DNA of 64,000 bases. It comes from the human T2T-CHM13v2.0 reference genome, Homo sapiens. Both the position numbers and the translations under genes were made by a program. The notes under the pieces are model-generated. The model saw nothing but the letters and a program-made list of their open reading frames with translations, was not told the DNA's origin and ran no database searches. The stretch lies in NCBI RefSeq assembly GCF_009914755.1, contig NC_060926.1; one strand, written 5' to 3'. Of this stretch, positions 33,865-48,880 are shown piece after piece (positions within the stretch are counted from its first letter, which is position 1; the number at the start of each line of letters is the position of its first letter).

Positions 33865-34880
33865 TTTGGCAGGCAAAAGTCTAAGGTGTCTCCTAAGATT
33901 TCTCATCACTGATGTACATGCCTCGACCTGGAACCATGTATTCGATGGAGTTTATTCCTGTGATTAGGTTACGCTATATGGTACAGTTGACATTAAGATA
34001 GGAAGATTATCCAGGTGGTCCTGGTCTAATCACATGAGCCCTTTAAAAGCTGTTTTCTCTGGCTACTTGCAGAAGAGGAAGTCGGGAGATTCAAAATGAG
34101 AGAGATTAGACATGAAGAAGGTTTTCTTGAGCTAAGATAGAAGGGTCCATTTGGCAAGGGCCTGAAAGTGGCCTCTAAGAGCAGAGTGGTCCCCATCTGA
34201 CAGCTAGCAAGATAATGGGGATTTCAGTCTGATAACTGAAAGGAAATGAATTCTGCCAACAATGTGAGGGAATTTGGAAGGTAATTTGCCTGTACTTGAG
34301 ACAAACACTATGAAAAAAAGCCATGCCCCTCCCTCATTCCACTAGTACTATTGTAGTAGAGTTGGTTCGTGGGCCTCTGGCTTTCACTCCTCTATTAATT
34401 TCCTGTTGCTATTGTAACAAATTACCAAAAAATTAGTGGCTTAAAAGAACAAAAATTTACTATTTTACACTTCTGGAGATCCAAAGTTCAAAAGGGGTCT
34501 TATGGGATTAAAATCAAGGTGCACACAGAGGTGCATTTTTTCTGGAGTCTTGAGAGGATGATCCATTTTCTTGCCTGTTCCAGCTTCCAGAGTCTGCCTG
34601 TACTCCTTGGCCCATGGCCCCTTCCTCCATCTTCAAAGTACATCATTCCAACTGCTACTTCTGTAAACACATCTCATCTCTTCTATTGACTGTCTTACTT
34701 TTCTCTTATAATGACACTTGTGATCGCATTGGGCCTACCTGAATACCCTTCCCATATGAAGATCCTTATCTTAATCACATGTGTAAAGTCCCTTTTACCA
34801 GTAAGGTAACAGATTCTTAGGTTCTAGGGATTAAGATGTATAGAACTCTAGGCTGAGGGGAATTATTTTGTCTACTATAA
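33865..34880. mobile_element. MLT1-type LTR fragments (plus strand about 33865-34290; MLT1C-like, minus strand, about 34392-34880)
   Basis: GATTATCCAGGTGGTCCTGGTCTAATCACATGAGCCCTTTAAAAGC; TGTAACAAATTACC...GTGGCTTAAAA...CTTAATCACAT. Confidence 0.65.
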
Positions 34881-35173
34881 ACCCCTACAGAATGGCACTG
34901 TAGAAGAAGTTTTATAAACTAAATTAACATTTGAATCACAGCCCACAAAAGTCAGCTAGGATGTGCATTCTGAACAGACAGAGTTAACTACTTTATAAAA
35001 TATGAGTTCCAAATAGGAGCTAGAGTCTTATAATACCCAGAAGTCCAGGATACAGTCAAAAATGACTCACCATATCAGGAAAACTTCAAGTCAAATGAAA
35101 AATGATCAATAGATGCCAACACCAAGATGACACAGATGGACTTTATTATTTAGATAATTATCAGACAATGATT

Positions 35174-35353
35174 TTATTTTCTAAACTTACAAGTATTTTT
35201 ATTTATACATGGTAATAACAACTATGCATTTTTTGTGTCAGAGCTATTTTTTGTGTATATTTAAGGTGTACAACATGTTTTGACATACTTATATGTAGTG
35301 AAATGGTTACTACAGTCACCATTTACTATATACGTCATCTCACATAGCTACTC
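35174..35353 (-). mobile_element. Short L1MA-type 3' end with probable 3' transduction
   Basis: Minus strand AACCATTTCACTACATATAAG...ATGTTGTACACCTTAAATATACAC (L1 3' end); TSD TCAGACAATGATT / TCAGACAAGGATT (35161 / 35354). Confidence 0.7.
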
Positions 35354-35887
35354 TCAGACAAGGATTGTAAACCAACTATCATAAAAATGCTCCATAAGCA
35401 CTTATAAATACTCTTACATCAAATGAAAAAGTAGAAAAATTTAGCAAAGAAATAGAAGATATATTCATTCTTAGCTTTCCTTCATATTCATTCTTGACGG
35501 ATATTTTTACTGGATGTCGAATTCTGGGTTGACAGTTCTTTCCTTTTAGGGCTTTCAAAATGTTTTGCCTCTTCCTTCTGTCCTTCAAGTTTCTGATTAT
35601 AAATCTGCTGTCACTTGAGTCACTTTTCATCAGTTGATAATGTGTGGTTTCTCTCTTGCTGATTTTAAGTTTTTCTTTGTTGTTAGTTTTCAGAAGTTTG
35701 ATTATGATGTGTTTGAGTGTGGATTCTTTAAAGTTTATTCTGTTTGGGGAACACTCAGTTTCTTGAATCTGTAAGTTTATGTCTTTCACCAAATTTGAGG
35801 TTGGGCCATTATTTCTTCAGGTATTTCTTCTACCCAGCATTCTTTTTACTCTCCTTCTGAAGACAATAACCTGTGAGACAATAAGTG

Positions 35888-36033
35888 TGGTGACTGTAGT
35901 AACCATTTCACTACATATAAGTATGTTGAGACATCATGTTGTATACCTTAAATATATACAAAAAATAATTCTGACACAAATAATGCATAGTTGCTTACCA
36001 TATATAAATAAAAACACTTGTAAGTTTAGAAAA
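35888..36033 (+). repeat. Inverted copy of 35177-35321
   Basis: TGGTGACTGTAGTAACCATTTCACTACATATAAGTATGT...CTTGTAAGTTTAGAAAA is the reverse complement of 35177-35321 with few changes. Confidence 0.9.
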
Positions 36034-36461
36034 CCTAACACAGTTATTGTCTCACAGGTCCTTGGGGATTTGTTCATTTTTAAAAAATCTCTTTTCTCTC
36101 CGTTTATATTGGTAATTTCTATCGCTCTGTCATTGAAGTCACTGACTCTTCTGTCATCTTTATTTTGTTATTGAGCCCATTCTCACAGCCAAAGACTCTG
36201 TTCCCATCCTGTTTTGAGGCTAGAAGGAAAGGAAGGGCCAAGGCTGGTAAACCCAGTTCTCAGGCTACTGGGAGAAAGAATAGAGAGTTCATTTGGTGTG
36301 GATGACTTTGAGGATCCAGTTTGTATAGTGGGAAGCCTTGGTGTTGTAGCTAATATCAGCATTCAGAGTACAGCCTTCTGACTAGGATAGGATCCCTTGG
36401 AGCAGATTTTGGCACAGGAGTGGGGCAGCAGCTATTTTCTGTTAGAAAGAGGAGAGGTGGG

Positions 36462-37166
36462 TCAGGCAGGGCAGCCAAAACAAAAGTGATGTATTACCAA
36501 GTCTCTATCTGAGGGGCCAGAATAGAAAGACTTGGGTGATAAGGGCTGGGAAAAATGCCTCCTCACCCACTTAGGCCACATCAGGGGAAGCCATGGAGAA
36601 ATAACACTCAGAAATTTGTCCCCCTGATATCTAAGTTCATTCATGACTGGAAGAAGGATACATATTCCTTCCTGATCCCCATTTACCCTGATCTCTTCTT
36701 GTGTTGAGATTGTGTTGGGTTGAAGGATATGTGTGGACCCCAAAACAGTGTTCCAGACCAAATTTAGGGAAGGCAGAGGGAAAAGGGTTTCCCAACATAT
36801 ATGCTCTCCAGAGATGATCTTGCACAGAACGTGTTCTGAGACTTTAATAGGAATCTGTCTCATACAGAACTCTTGGCAATCTCCATTAGAGATCCAAATG
36901 ACACCTTGGTTTATTTGGATGTTAGGTTTTGTGTCTAAGCACACCCGAGAAGGAGGAAGGTAATATTCTCTTTGGTCCTTCATATATTCAACTTCCTTTC
37001 TTCTCTTCTTCCCTCCCTCTTTTCCATTATTAACTTCACCATCATTCAATGATGGAAAAAAACAAAATAAAAAGAAACCAAAGAAGAGGAGAACAGATAA
37101 TAAAGTGAGAAAACCGAGGTCTGGTTCCAGTGTTGTTAACGGCATATCTTGGGCTTTTGCATGCAT
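36462..37166 (-). other. 234-codon ATG-initiated ORF in apparently unique sequence; coding status unsupported
   Basis: Longest ORF in the window. N-terminal hydrophobic stretch (FLTLLSVLLFFGFFLFCFF) followed by GGKKRRKE. No recognised homology. Confidence 0.15.
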
Positions 37167-37364
37167 GCTTTAATTTATGACTGCTCAGAAGTGTCTCATG
37201 AATAAGCCAGATCTATTGCTCTATAATCATAGTTGTATGATAACCCTCATTTACTGGGTACCGAAGGAGCACTAAGGGGTTGTGTTAAAGGTCACTCACT
37301 GTAATTCTTCCGTGTACAGCCAGAGATGGTGACATGACTCCCACTCTGTCACCTTTCAGCTGAA

Positions 37365-37828
37365 ACCAGTAAACATTTATTATCTCACAGTATAGGACAG
37401 GAATTTAAGAGTGGCTTAGCTGGGTGATTGTGGCTCAGGGTCTCTCATGAGTTTGCAGTCAAGATGCTGCCCAGGGCTGCAGTCATCCGAAGGCTTTACT
37501 AGGGGTAGAGGGTTTACTTCCAAGAGGGCTGACTCAAATGGCTTTTGGCAGGAGGCCTTAGTTCTTTTCTACATGAATCTCTCCCTAGGATTGCTTGAAT
37601 GTCCTCATCACATAGTACCTGATTTCCTTCAGAGCATGTTATTCAAGAGAGAGCAAGGAAAGGAAGTTGCAGTGTCTTAGAAAAACCACATCATCACTTC
37701 TGCAATATTTTATTAATTAGAAGCAAGTCACTATGCCCGACTCACCCTCAATTGAAGGGGAATTAAGCTCCACCTCTTGAAGAAAGAAGAATCAGAAATT
37801 TGTGTGCATATTTGAAAACCATCACACA
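37365..37828 (-). mobile_element. MLT1-type MaLR LTR fragment
   Basis: CATTTATTATCTCACAG...GGCTTAGCTGGGTG...GGCTCAGGGTCTCTCATGAG.TTGCAGTCAAGATG...AGAAGCAAGTCACTA. Confidence 0.7.
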
Positions 37829-39813
37829 TGATATCATCAGTATAGTGGGTTATGGTGTTGATGTGCGGAGTATCCAGACAGTCCAAGTCCCTTTAGGTTA
37901 TATTATGACAGAGGGCATGAGAATTAGCCCTGCTCAATGCTGTAAAAGTCTGTGTCATTCCCGTGCTTTTGTTTCTCTTTCTTTACAGGAATAGAAATGA
38001 ATACATTTGCCAATCAATGCAAGGTACCTGAGGCCAGGTTAATCAGTTTGTTCTAGCAAAGATATATCTCGCATAACAAAAGCAATTGGGGCAACTATTT
38101 GGTTGAGTTTATTATCCCCCAGGATCAGACCAATTTTTGCAAGGGCCTGACAGGTGAATTAAATGAGGATGAGTGAGGGCCATCACTCTGCATCCTTTAG
38201 GTCTTAAAGAGAAGCACTAATCTCGGCCATGTTTCCCAGGATGCAATATCACTTTCTTATTTACTATCTTACTGAGAAAGTGAATTTTGTTTCAGCTATT
38301 CCTCTTGGTCTCCCCTGCTAACATAGCTTTTACCCCACAGTACAAGGAATCACTGCAGAGATTCTACCAGCTACCAAGGATATCTATTCCAATTACACAT
38401 CAGGAAACCAGAGAAATGACCCTTTCCTACTTTCTTTTTCTCCATAGCACTTGTCACTATCTAACCTATGTTACACTATTCATTTTATTTATTATTTGTC
38501 TCCTCAATGAATATAATCTCTATAAGGGAAGGCAGTTTTGTCTTTCCCTAACTGATTTTTTCCCCATGATTACAAATTACCTAACACATCATTGCCATTT
38601 TATAGTTCTAGCACATAGCAAGTGTGCAATAAATATTTGCTGAATGAAAGAATGAATATGAATGTTGCTGTCATTGAATAATAATATGAATGTTGTTATT
38701 ATTGTTCTAATTGTCCCTAAGATTTTTCCGCCTCTCTCAGCAAATGTGAATCCAAGTGTGAAACATTCACTCTGGGGCAAATTAGGGAAAGGTTTCCACA
38801 AAGGATCACAGATTGCCATTGCACTTCAAGTCTTTCATGGTGCACAGCACGTATGTTGAAGAGGTAGAAGGCAGATCAGGAGGGGCACCACTTCAAGGTT
38901 CTCAGCACCTTTTATATCTCTCTCTTCCCCCAATGTGGATTAAAGTACACATATTTAATCTCCTAAATTTTTCACTGGTAATTATTGGTGTTTTGGGATC
39001 ACACACACACACACACACCCGCCAAGGACATACATTAATTCTGAAAGACACTATGGTTTAAATCATAGATAGCAACTAGTTTGGCCTCCTAGAATCAAAT
39101 TGCTTATTTTTAAAGCATTTGAATTAGTCATAAAATATTTAAATACTTTCAGGCTTCTTGTGAAAAAATAGAAAGATCTGGCTATTACCATTTTTACTAG
39201 TTCCTAGAAGTGAATGCTCACTTTTGGATGGGCATGTGCTTTCCATTTTATTACAGTCCTCACCACTCATTGTTGTCTCCTTCACACTGAGGCTGAATGA
39301 CAGCTGCCATTCATCAATGTATGGCTGAGACCATTTTTCTTACAGTTAAGAAGAAAGTGATACCATTTTTATGTGTAAGTCCTTTTCAAAGTTGGAAAAA
39401 TAAAATATAGACAAAGAGGAACATATATTTTAAGAAAAATGGAAAAAGAGTGTTTTGAGGATGTAAGGGGGAGCAAAGATCATGCCAAAGCATTTAATAT
39501 ATAATATGCAAATGAAGTATGACTGGGTCCATAGAGTGCAATTCAAGGAGTCAGGACCTTGAGTTTGCAATTCTTGCTCTAACCTAATAAAAATAAATAA
39601 GTCATATAGTCTACTTACCTCATAATTTGCATGGTACTTCTTTCCCTTTTTAGGGAAAGATTACAGATTTTTTAATCTGTAATTCTCATTATTATGTAAA
39701 GCACTTTAGTTTCTTTTCTTCATATTAACTTCTTCCCCCCAACACACATATAGACCCATTCACCTCCCAAATTTTGCCCTTTGGGAATAGAAATACAGAA
39801 CTCTGTATTTCTC

Positions 39814-40198
39814 TGCTGTGGTTTGGATGTTTGTACCCCTAAACATCACATTGAAATTTAAGCCCCAATGTTGGAAGGGGGGCAAGGTTTGGGTCACAGG
39901 GGTGTATCCCTCATGAATGGCTTGGTGCCTTCTCTTGGTAATGAGTGAGTTCTCGCTCTATTCAAAGAGCCTGGCACCTCCTCAAACCCCCCTTCCTTCT
40001 CTGGCCATGGGAGCTCTGCACAAGCTAGACTTCCCTTCTTCCACCAGGAGTCAAAGCCACCTGAAGTTTTCACCAAGAGCAGATGCTGGTGCCATGCTTC
40101 TTGTACATCCTGCAGAATCATGTGTCGAATAAACGTCTTTTCTTTATAAATTACCCAGCCTCAGGTACTCCTTTATAGCAATCCAAATGGACCAAGAT
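39814..40198 (+). mobile_element. MSTB-type MaLR solo LTR
   Basis: TGCTGTGGTTTGGATGTTTG...AGCAGATGCTGGTGCCATGCTTCTTGTACA...ATAAATTACCCAGCCTCAGGTA. Confidence 0.85.
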
Positions 40199-40496
40199 AG
40201 ACTCATTGCTAGTTCTATGCTTTATAACTCGAGTCCTTATTTATACAAAGAAAAGCTTTGCAATTCTGGCTCAGAAAAGATTTAATTAAAATCTTAGCTA
40301 AGGATCCTCATTCTCTTTACTTTCAATATGGAGAAAAGAAAGAGAAGTATTTATTTTTCCAGTAGCTTTCAGTTGATAATTTTAGGATTTAATAGCTAAA
40401 TTATAATAGCACAAGTAAAATTTTATGTTGGTAATTTAATTTCTGGGATACCCTTAGCTAATAAATACACTTGGTGATTAGAAAAATGGAACATCA

Positions 40497-40848
40497 GGCT
40501 GGGCGCAGTGGCTCATGCCTGTAATCCCAGCACTTTGGGAGGCCGAGGCGGGCGTATCACCTGAGGTCGGGAGTTCAAGACCAGCCTGGCCAACATGGTG
40601 AAACCCCATCTCTACTAAAAATACAAAAATTAGCTGAGCCTGGTGGCACGCACCTGTAATCCCAGCTATTTGGGAAGCTGAGGCAGAATTGCTCAGCTTC
40701 TGAGCAATTTGAGAGAGAATTGCTTGAATCTGGGAGGCAGAGGTTGCAGCGAGCTGAGGTCACGTCACTGCACTCCAGCCTGGGTGACAGAGGAAAACTC
40801 CATCTCAAAAAAAAAAAAAAAAAAAGAAAAGAAAAAAAAAAAGAAAAA
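40497..40848 (+). mobile_element. AluS carrying a short palindromic insertion in the right arm
   Basis: Canonical dimer; TSD-like AAATG(G/T)AACATCA; extra AATTGCTCAGCTTCTGAGCAATT at 40687-40709. Confidence 0.92.
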
Positions 40849-41392
40849 TGTAACATCAGGTAGAATTATCCAAGTGTTTTTGTTTTTATTTTTATTTTTT
40901 TTTAAGGCCAAACACAAATCCATCACAATTCTGGCACTTACTTTAAATGATAGGGTATTGGGCCGTATTTGTCAATCTCTTGTAAAGAAACCAGGGTGTT
41001 TTTGTATTTACCTGAATATGTCTTTCTACCTCCACCACCTTTTCCATATTCATTCATGTAAATTATAAAAGTAAGGCAGTTACTGAGCCCAATATTCACT
41101 GATAACAAAGCAGGAAGCTTATGGGTATGAATCAGAGTGTGGATGACTCATTAAAAGCCAAATGTTTGTACGGAAAGCTCCCCTAAAATGGCACAAAAGC
41201 AAATATTTATAAACATGTTAAGAAAGCATTGTGGAACTCTTGGGAGGAGGGGTTAAAATATTGCCACACATTCCTAATTACACTATTACAATAAAACATT
41301 GCTTTGCTACCATGAAGTCTGACCCAGGCTCTAAACTCTTTAGCAATGGGGTTGCTCTAATTAGCTATAATAAGACTGATCCTGACTCACAG

Positions 41393-43348
<1,956 letters not shown>

Positions 43349-44771
43349 TATCTCTATTTTGAATGCATCAAAAATACATGTGCTACTTATGACAATTTTA
43401 AGTTTTCTGTAGATATTCCTCTTAATTGCAATCTGTACAGAGGACACAAGAAAAGGGCGATTAGAAATGGAAATTTGTTTCTTGATGAGGAAATCTTCAA
43501 GTAATGTAAGTATACATTTAAATTCTGCACCAGGATGTTGCCTATTTTTTTAAATGACTTTCTTTGTCCTCCAAGTAAATATAGAATGGCTGTTTGCTTT
43601 AATTCTAACACATACTTTTGGCACATTCCAGGTTCTTGCTTAGACTTCTCAGGCTCTAATTTGAAACCCCAGAGTCCTTTACCCAGACTGATCTGGGGCC
43701 TATGGTAAGTCAGCTCCTGTTAGAAGCTGTCTTCAAATAGGAGGTGATGATGGAGGTGGTGGAAGGCTAGTGTTTCTCTATCTGGTCCACATTTGAAAAG
43801 GCATCAGAAATTCAGGAGGTAATTAGGCCAAGGGGCAAACCCTCCTGCTAAACCAAGCTTTCTGTCCTTTTTCTGTGACTTCTACTGGGGATCTTGAGTT
43901 TGTTGGCATGTTTTAAAACGGATATTGAACCATGTAGTTATCCATAATTGAACTCAGCATTGAAGTAGGAAGCAGTACTCTTTCAGAATTTTATCTTGTA
44001 TGTAAGAAACCAGTGGAAAGTACTTAGGATGGTGGCTGTAAGAGATGCAAGTGTCAAGGAGAGATAATGTCATTTTGGATCTGCATAGTTGGGGCTTGTG
44101 TTATCTACTTCTGTTGTAAAAATATGATGAGTCTATGTGGACCATGGTTACAGATACAACCCTGTTTCCTCAGTCAAGATCATGAGAAAATAGGTTCTCT
44201 GGATAACTGGATTTCCCAGATTTCTGAAGCTTTGCCTATTAAGCACAACAATGTAAATAAAATAATAAAATAAAATAACCATAGAAAATGGAAGAATCTC
44301 TGTGGAGTATGGCAGAAGGGGGTGGGGCAAAAGAGTGGAAGCTTTAACTTCTCTATGCTCTTCTGTATGAATACATTTTAAGTTAATATGTATTACTTTT
44401 ACTATTTTAAAAGTTTACTTGAAACCATTTTTATATAAGTATATACATAACTTACATAAGTATAAGTATATAAGCATGTAAGCAAAACTTACACTTATAT
44501 AAGTTGCCTTTCTAAACAGAGCCACAATGAGATTTATTTTGATGATTCACCATCATCATTATAAAAGTCAATTCCTCCCTATGCCATAAAGCAATGGCAC
44601 CCTCAAACAGTCCTGGAGTATATGGAATGGTTTATTCCTACACTAACTCTCCTTAAATTTTTTATTTGTTTCTCATAAATTTTCTGCTGTTTGCTTTGCT
44701 GTGAGATAGTCAGCTGTCATTCCACATGGACAGAATTTGGCCTGTGTTTAGCAGCCTCCCTTAAGAAAAAT

Positions 44772-44930
44772 TTTGTTTTAGAGACAGGGGCTGGCTCTGT
44801 CACCCAGCTGTATGTAGTTCAGTGATATGAGCACAGCTCACTGCAGCTTCAAACTCCTGGGTTTGAGTAATCCTCCTACCTCAGCTTCTCAAGTAGCTGG
44901 GACTGTATGCATGAGCCTCAGTGCCTGGCA
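44772..44930 (-). mobile_element. Old Alu monomer
   Basis: TTTAGAGACAGGGG...GCTCACTGCAGCTTCAAACTCCTGGG...GTAGCTGGGACT. Confidence 0.75.
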
Positions 44931-47636
44931 AGAATTTTTTTTTGTTTTAATTTAATGCTCCTAATTAGCTAAGTGGTTGGTAAGTCACATAAACTAACTT
45001 CTTAGAAGCAAACAAAATAAAATTAAATGGGCATATAGTGAATACCAAAGGGTCACTCTTGTGAGCAGTGTACCAAGAATATAGCTTTCATGCATTTATT
45101 TGAAGGTCTCTATCTTATTCTTTCTATCTGGATCTCAGCTATGTTTTAGTTATTATATGTCACTGGATAAAAGAGTTATAGATAAAGGAAGTGATGTTCT
45201 GCTGTCATTTAATAAAATACTTCCAACATTTCTTCCCTGCTTTGTGAAAGTATTCACTGGTGGTCCAGGTAGATGCATGTGATGTTGAACTGGAGTTTTT
45301 CTCACTCTCCAGGCTAATTGAGATGATAGACCTGGATGTGCTGCCAGTTCTAGAATAATATTTAAACCAGAAGTAATTGCCAGCATTTGGATAACCAATG
45401 ATTCATTTATAGTAAATGTTCCCTGGGTTTTATGCTCTCAGTACTCTTGAATATGTATCAGGTTTACCAAGCCCATATGAAAAAAACATACATGTAGGCT
45501 CTAGTCTACTAGGTAGATCAGACAAGACCAGCTGATTCACAGATATATGGAAATAGATCAAATACGTAGCATGTGTTTGAAAGGAACACTTTAGTTAGAC
45601 AGGGAGTGGGGATTTTTTGACAATCCTTCTGAACGTGAGTCAGAGTGTAGGTTTGCATGGGTGAGAGCGTGGGTGTATACATCTGTGGGTGTCAGAAAGA
45701 GACAGCCAGAGATAGATGGCTGCAGTTCCTAGCTAGTAAAATGACTATAATAGTAAAATAAATTTAAAGGCATAGAGCTTTATGGAGCCCTTTAAAATAG
45801 TTTTAGATAAACAATGTCTACACACTTACCTGAAATACCAATTGCTTCCTGCAAAGAATTTAAATTACCCCTCCTTATACAATACCAGGCAATTTTCATT
45901 TACCACTTATTTGAAATTTGGTAATTATCACAAATGAAACCCTATCTTACATTCTTAGCAGTCAAAATTTTTTTAAATGAGAAAATTGAGATAAATTGGC
46001 GTATTTCTCATCTAGAAAATGACCTTCAGCTGTTCATAGGCCAAGAAATGACAGCAAATAACTTGCCAAAGAAAAAAGAGCTAAAATGGGTAATAGGAGA
46101 AGCAGAATTTTATCTACAGTGATAACAAGATGATTTCTGATACACTTACCAGCATCTAGTAATTGGGCAACACAAAAATGTAAAAAGTGGGAATTGCCTA
46201 TATAATTACTTGCCTGGTTTTACCTGGGAGAATAATGTAGATGACATGGAGTCTATATGTAGAAACGCCATTTAACAAGAAATTCCCAGATTCTCATTGT
46301 TTTTTGATAATTCCATGATGGCGAGTTTGAATTTATGTGCAAGTTGAGAGTTTACAAAGCTACACAGAATTTCACCTGAAACTAAAGCAAATAACACCAG
46401 AAAGAAAGAGGTGATGGATCAATATGCACAGATGGGATCATTCACTATGCTGTTTTGAGCCAGTCTGGTGTGCCTCCTCCCCGTGTTTGTTTCTAGAATT
46501 CCGGCCCTGCACCTGTCCTCAGAAAACTCAACCCTTGAATTAACAGTTAAAGAAGCTGATAGACACTGTTTGTACTAAGTGCTATTACACAGATGTCAAT
46601 GGAAGATGCAATTATTAATTCTTCACCTACCAATGGTGATTTTTTTCCAAAGCAGAACTATTTTTTCTAATTATAAAAATAATGCACGCTCATAAAAATT
46701 CAGATATGATAGAAAAGTATCATTTGCTCATGTAAGGAAAATTCACTTAAAGCCATTAGACACTAAAAGGAGAAAAGAATCAGGGCTTCCTTACATATTC
46801 CTCCTTTGTAAACGAACCTCTCCACTCCTTGGCATACATCACTTTTCATTATTAACTGGAGGAGAAAAGGTCACGCAATGTACTTGCCTAGTGGGCCAGA
46901 GACCTGGCTCACTCTTTGTTGCTACTACCCTTTATGGCCATGCACTATTATTAGTTTTCACATAATGTAAGCGCAATATAAATTTATTTCACAAGCTACT
47001 TTAGACTTGGAAAAATCCAAAACAATTGCATCTGCTTCTTGTGCATTAGTAAGATCACTCCTGCACTCATAAGAAGGAAGTTCTCGCCTCTATTCTAAAG
47101 TCCTGATTCTTTATCTCTCCTTCCCTGTCACAGTTAGGAAGTCAAATCCCACTTAACCAGTGTGTGGATGAGTAATGGTAGCCGTGAACCTTCACTAGGT
47201 TTGGGGCTCTTAATGTGGAGGATGAATAAGATACAGAGAATGTGAGAGCCTTGTGCTAGTCAGAGCAGGATAGACTTATGTTGCAGTTACCCAATTAATC
47301 TGAATCCACAGTGGCTTAACACAAGAAAGGTTTGTTTCTTGCTCATGCTACATATTCATCATGGATGGGAGGGGCCCCACTCTAGGACTCAGGATGATGG
47401 AAGTTCTGCCATCGTGCAGCTGCATCTGCTCCCTATTACCATGCCCTCCTTTTTTTTTTTAACCATTAATTCCAATTTGAGTTGGCTGAAAATAGCAACA
47501 TGCCTGGATTTGTCAGGCCAATTTCTGTAACAATTAGTTGTCTCTGGTTTTTAGAATTCTGGGTACTTTTTATTTTGTTTATCTGCATGTTATAGTTTGT
47601 CTATAATCTCAGGGGTTTAAGACAATAGAATTTAAG

Positions 47637-47936
<300 letters not shown>

Positions 47937-48797
47937 TCAGTGTGGCTATTCAATGAGCTGCCTTGCATGAGGTGATTCAGGGACATGGGCTCCTCCTTCC
48001 TCTGCCATCCCCCAGGCCTTCAGAGTCCTCTGCTGGTTCCTCTATATCAGGCAGAGAGACCCAAGAAGAAAAGGATCAGGGGCCAGGTTTGGAAGCAGCA
48101 TATATCATTTCCACCCACAATTCTGTTGGCCAGAATTCATGATCACACTTAACCTCAAGGGAGCCTGGGAGCTGTAGTCGTCTGTGTGCACAGGAGGAAA
48201 AAGAAGAGGTTTGGTGACAGTCTCAGAAGAGGAACTAAGGAATCTGACTGCAGTTAGATATGTCTGAGGAAAAGAACATTATTTCTATTGCATTGTTCTT
48301 ATTTCCTTCATTTATACTTAGATATTGTCTCTCACTTGTTTATTTCATTTTCTTTTAAAACCAGCTTTTAAAAATGTTAATATCCAGCTTTGTTGAGAGT
48401 ATACAAAGGTGAACATAATAACACTTAGCTGGTTGGCATATAAACTGACATAATCTTACTGAAGGGAAATTTGTGTATATGAATCAAAAACTTTTAAAGG
48501 ACTATAGTCACCAGTTCTACTTCCAGAATTTTATCCTGGGGAAATAAGCAGGTAATAGAAACAGATGTATGGATTTATCATAGCATTGCTTATAGTGGTG
48601 AAACACTTCCATGACATAAATGTCCAACAATTGGAAGTAAAATAATAATGCTACTTTTAATAAAGATCATGTGGCCGTGAATGATTCCATAGGTGTCTAT
48701 TTAGTGAAATTGAATGATATTCCTTATACATTAAGAGAAAATACAAGTTCACAATCTCTATGTCTGGAATATTCCCATTCTGGTTTTTCAAAGGATG

Positions 48798-48802
<5 letters not shown>

Positions 48803-48842
<40 letters not shown>

Positions 48843-48847
48843 CAGGA

Positions 48848-48880
<33 letters not shown>

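Larger units (their letters stand above)
34900..36185. mobile_element. Old L1M ORF1 remnant with an internal inversion (plus to about 35462, then minus)
   Basis: Plus strand AAATGAAAAAGTAGAAAAATTTAGCAAAGAAATAGAAGATATA; minus-strand ORF 35379-35792 is L1 ORF1p-like (INLQIQE..PNRIN..HIIIKLLK..GKNCQPRI.HP.KIS). Confidence 0.75.

Noticed and set aside
39789-39812. 11-bp inverted repeat AGAAATACAGA-AC-TCTGTATTTCT
   Set aside because: Short and isolated; no supporting context, could be chance
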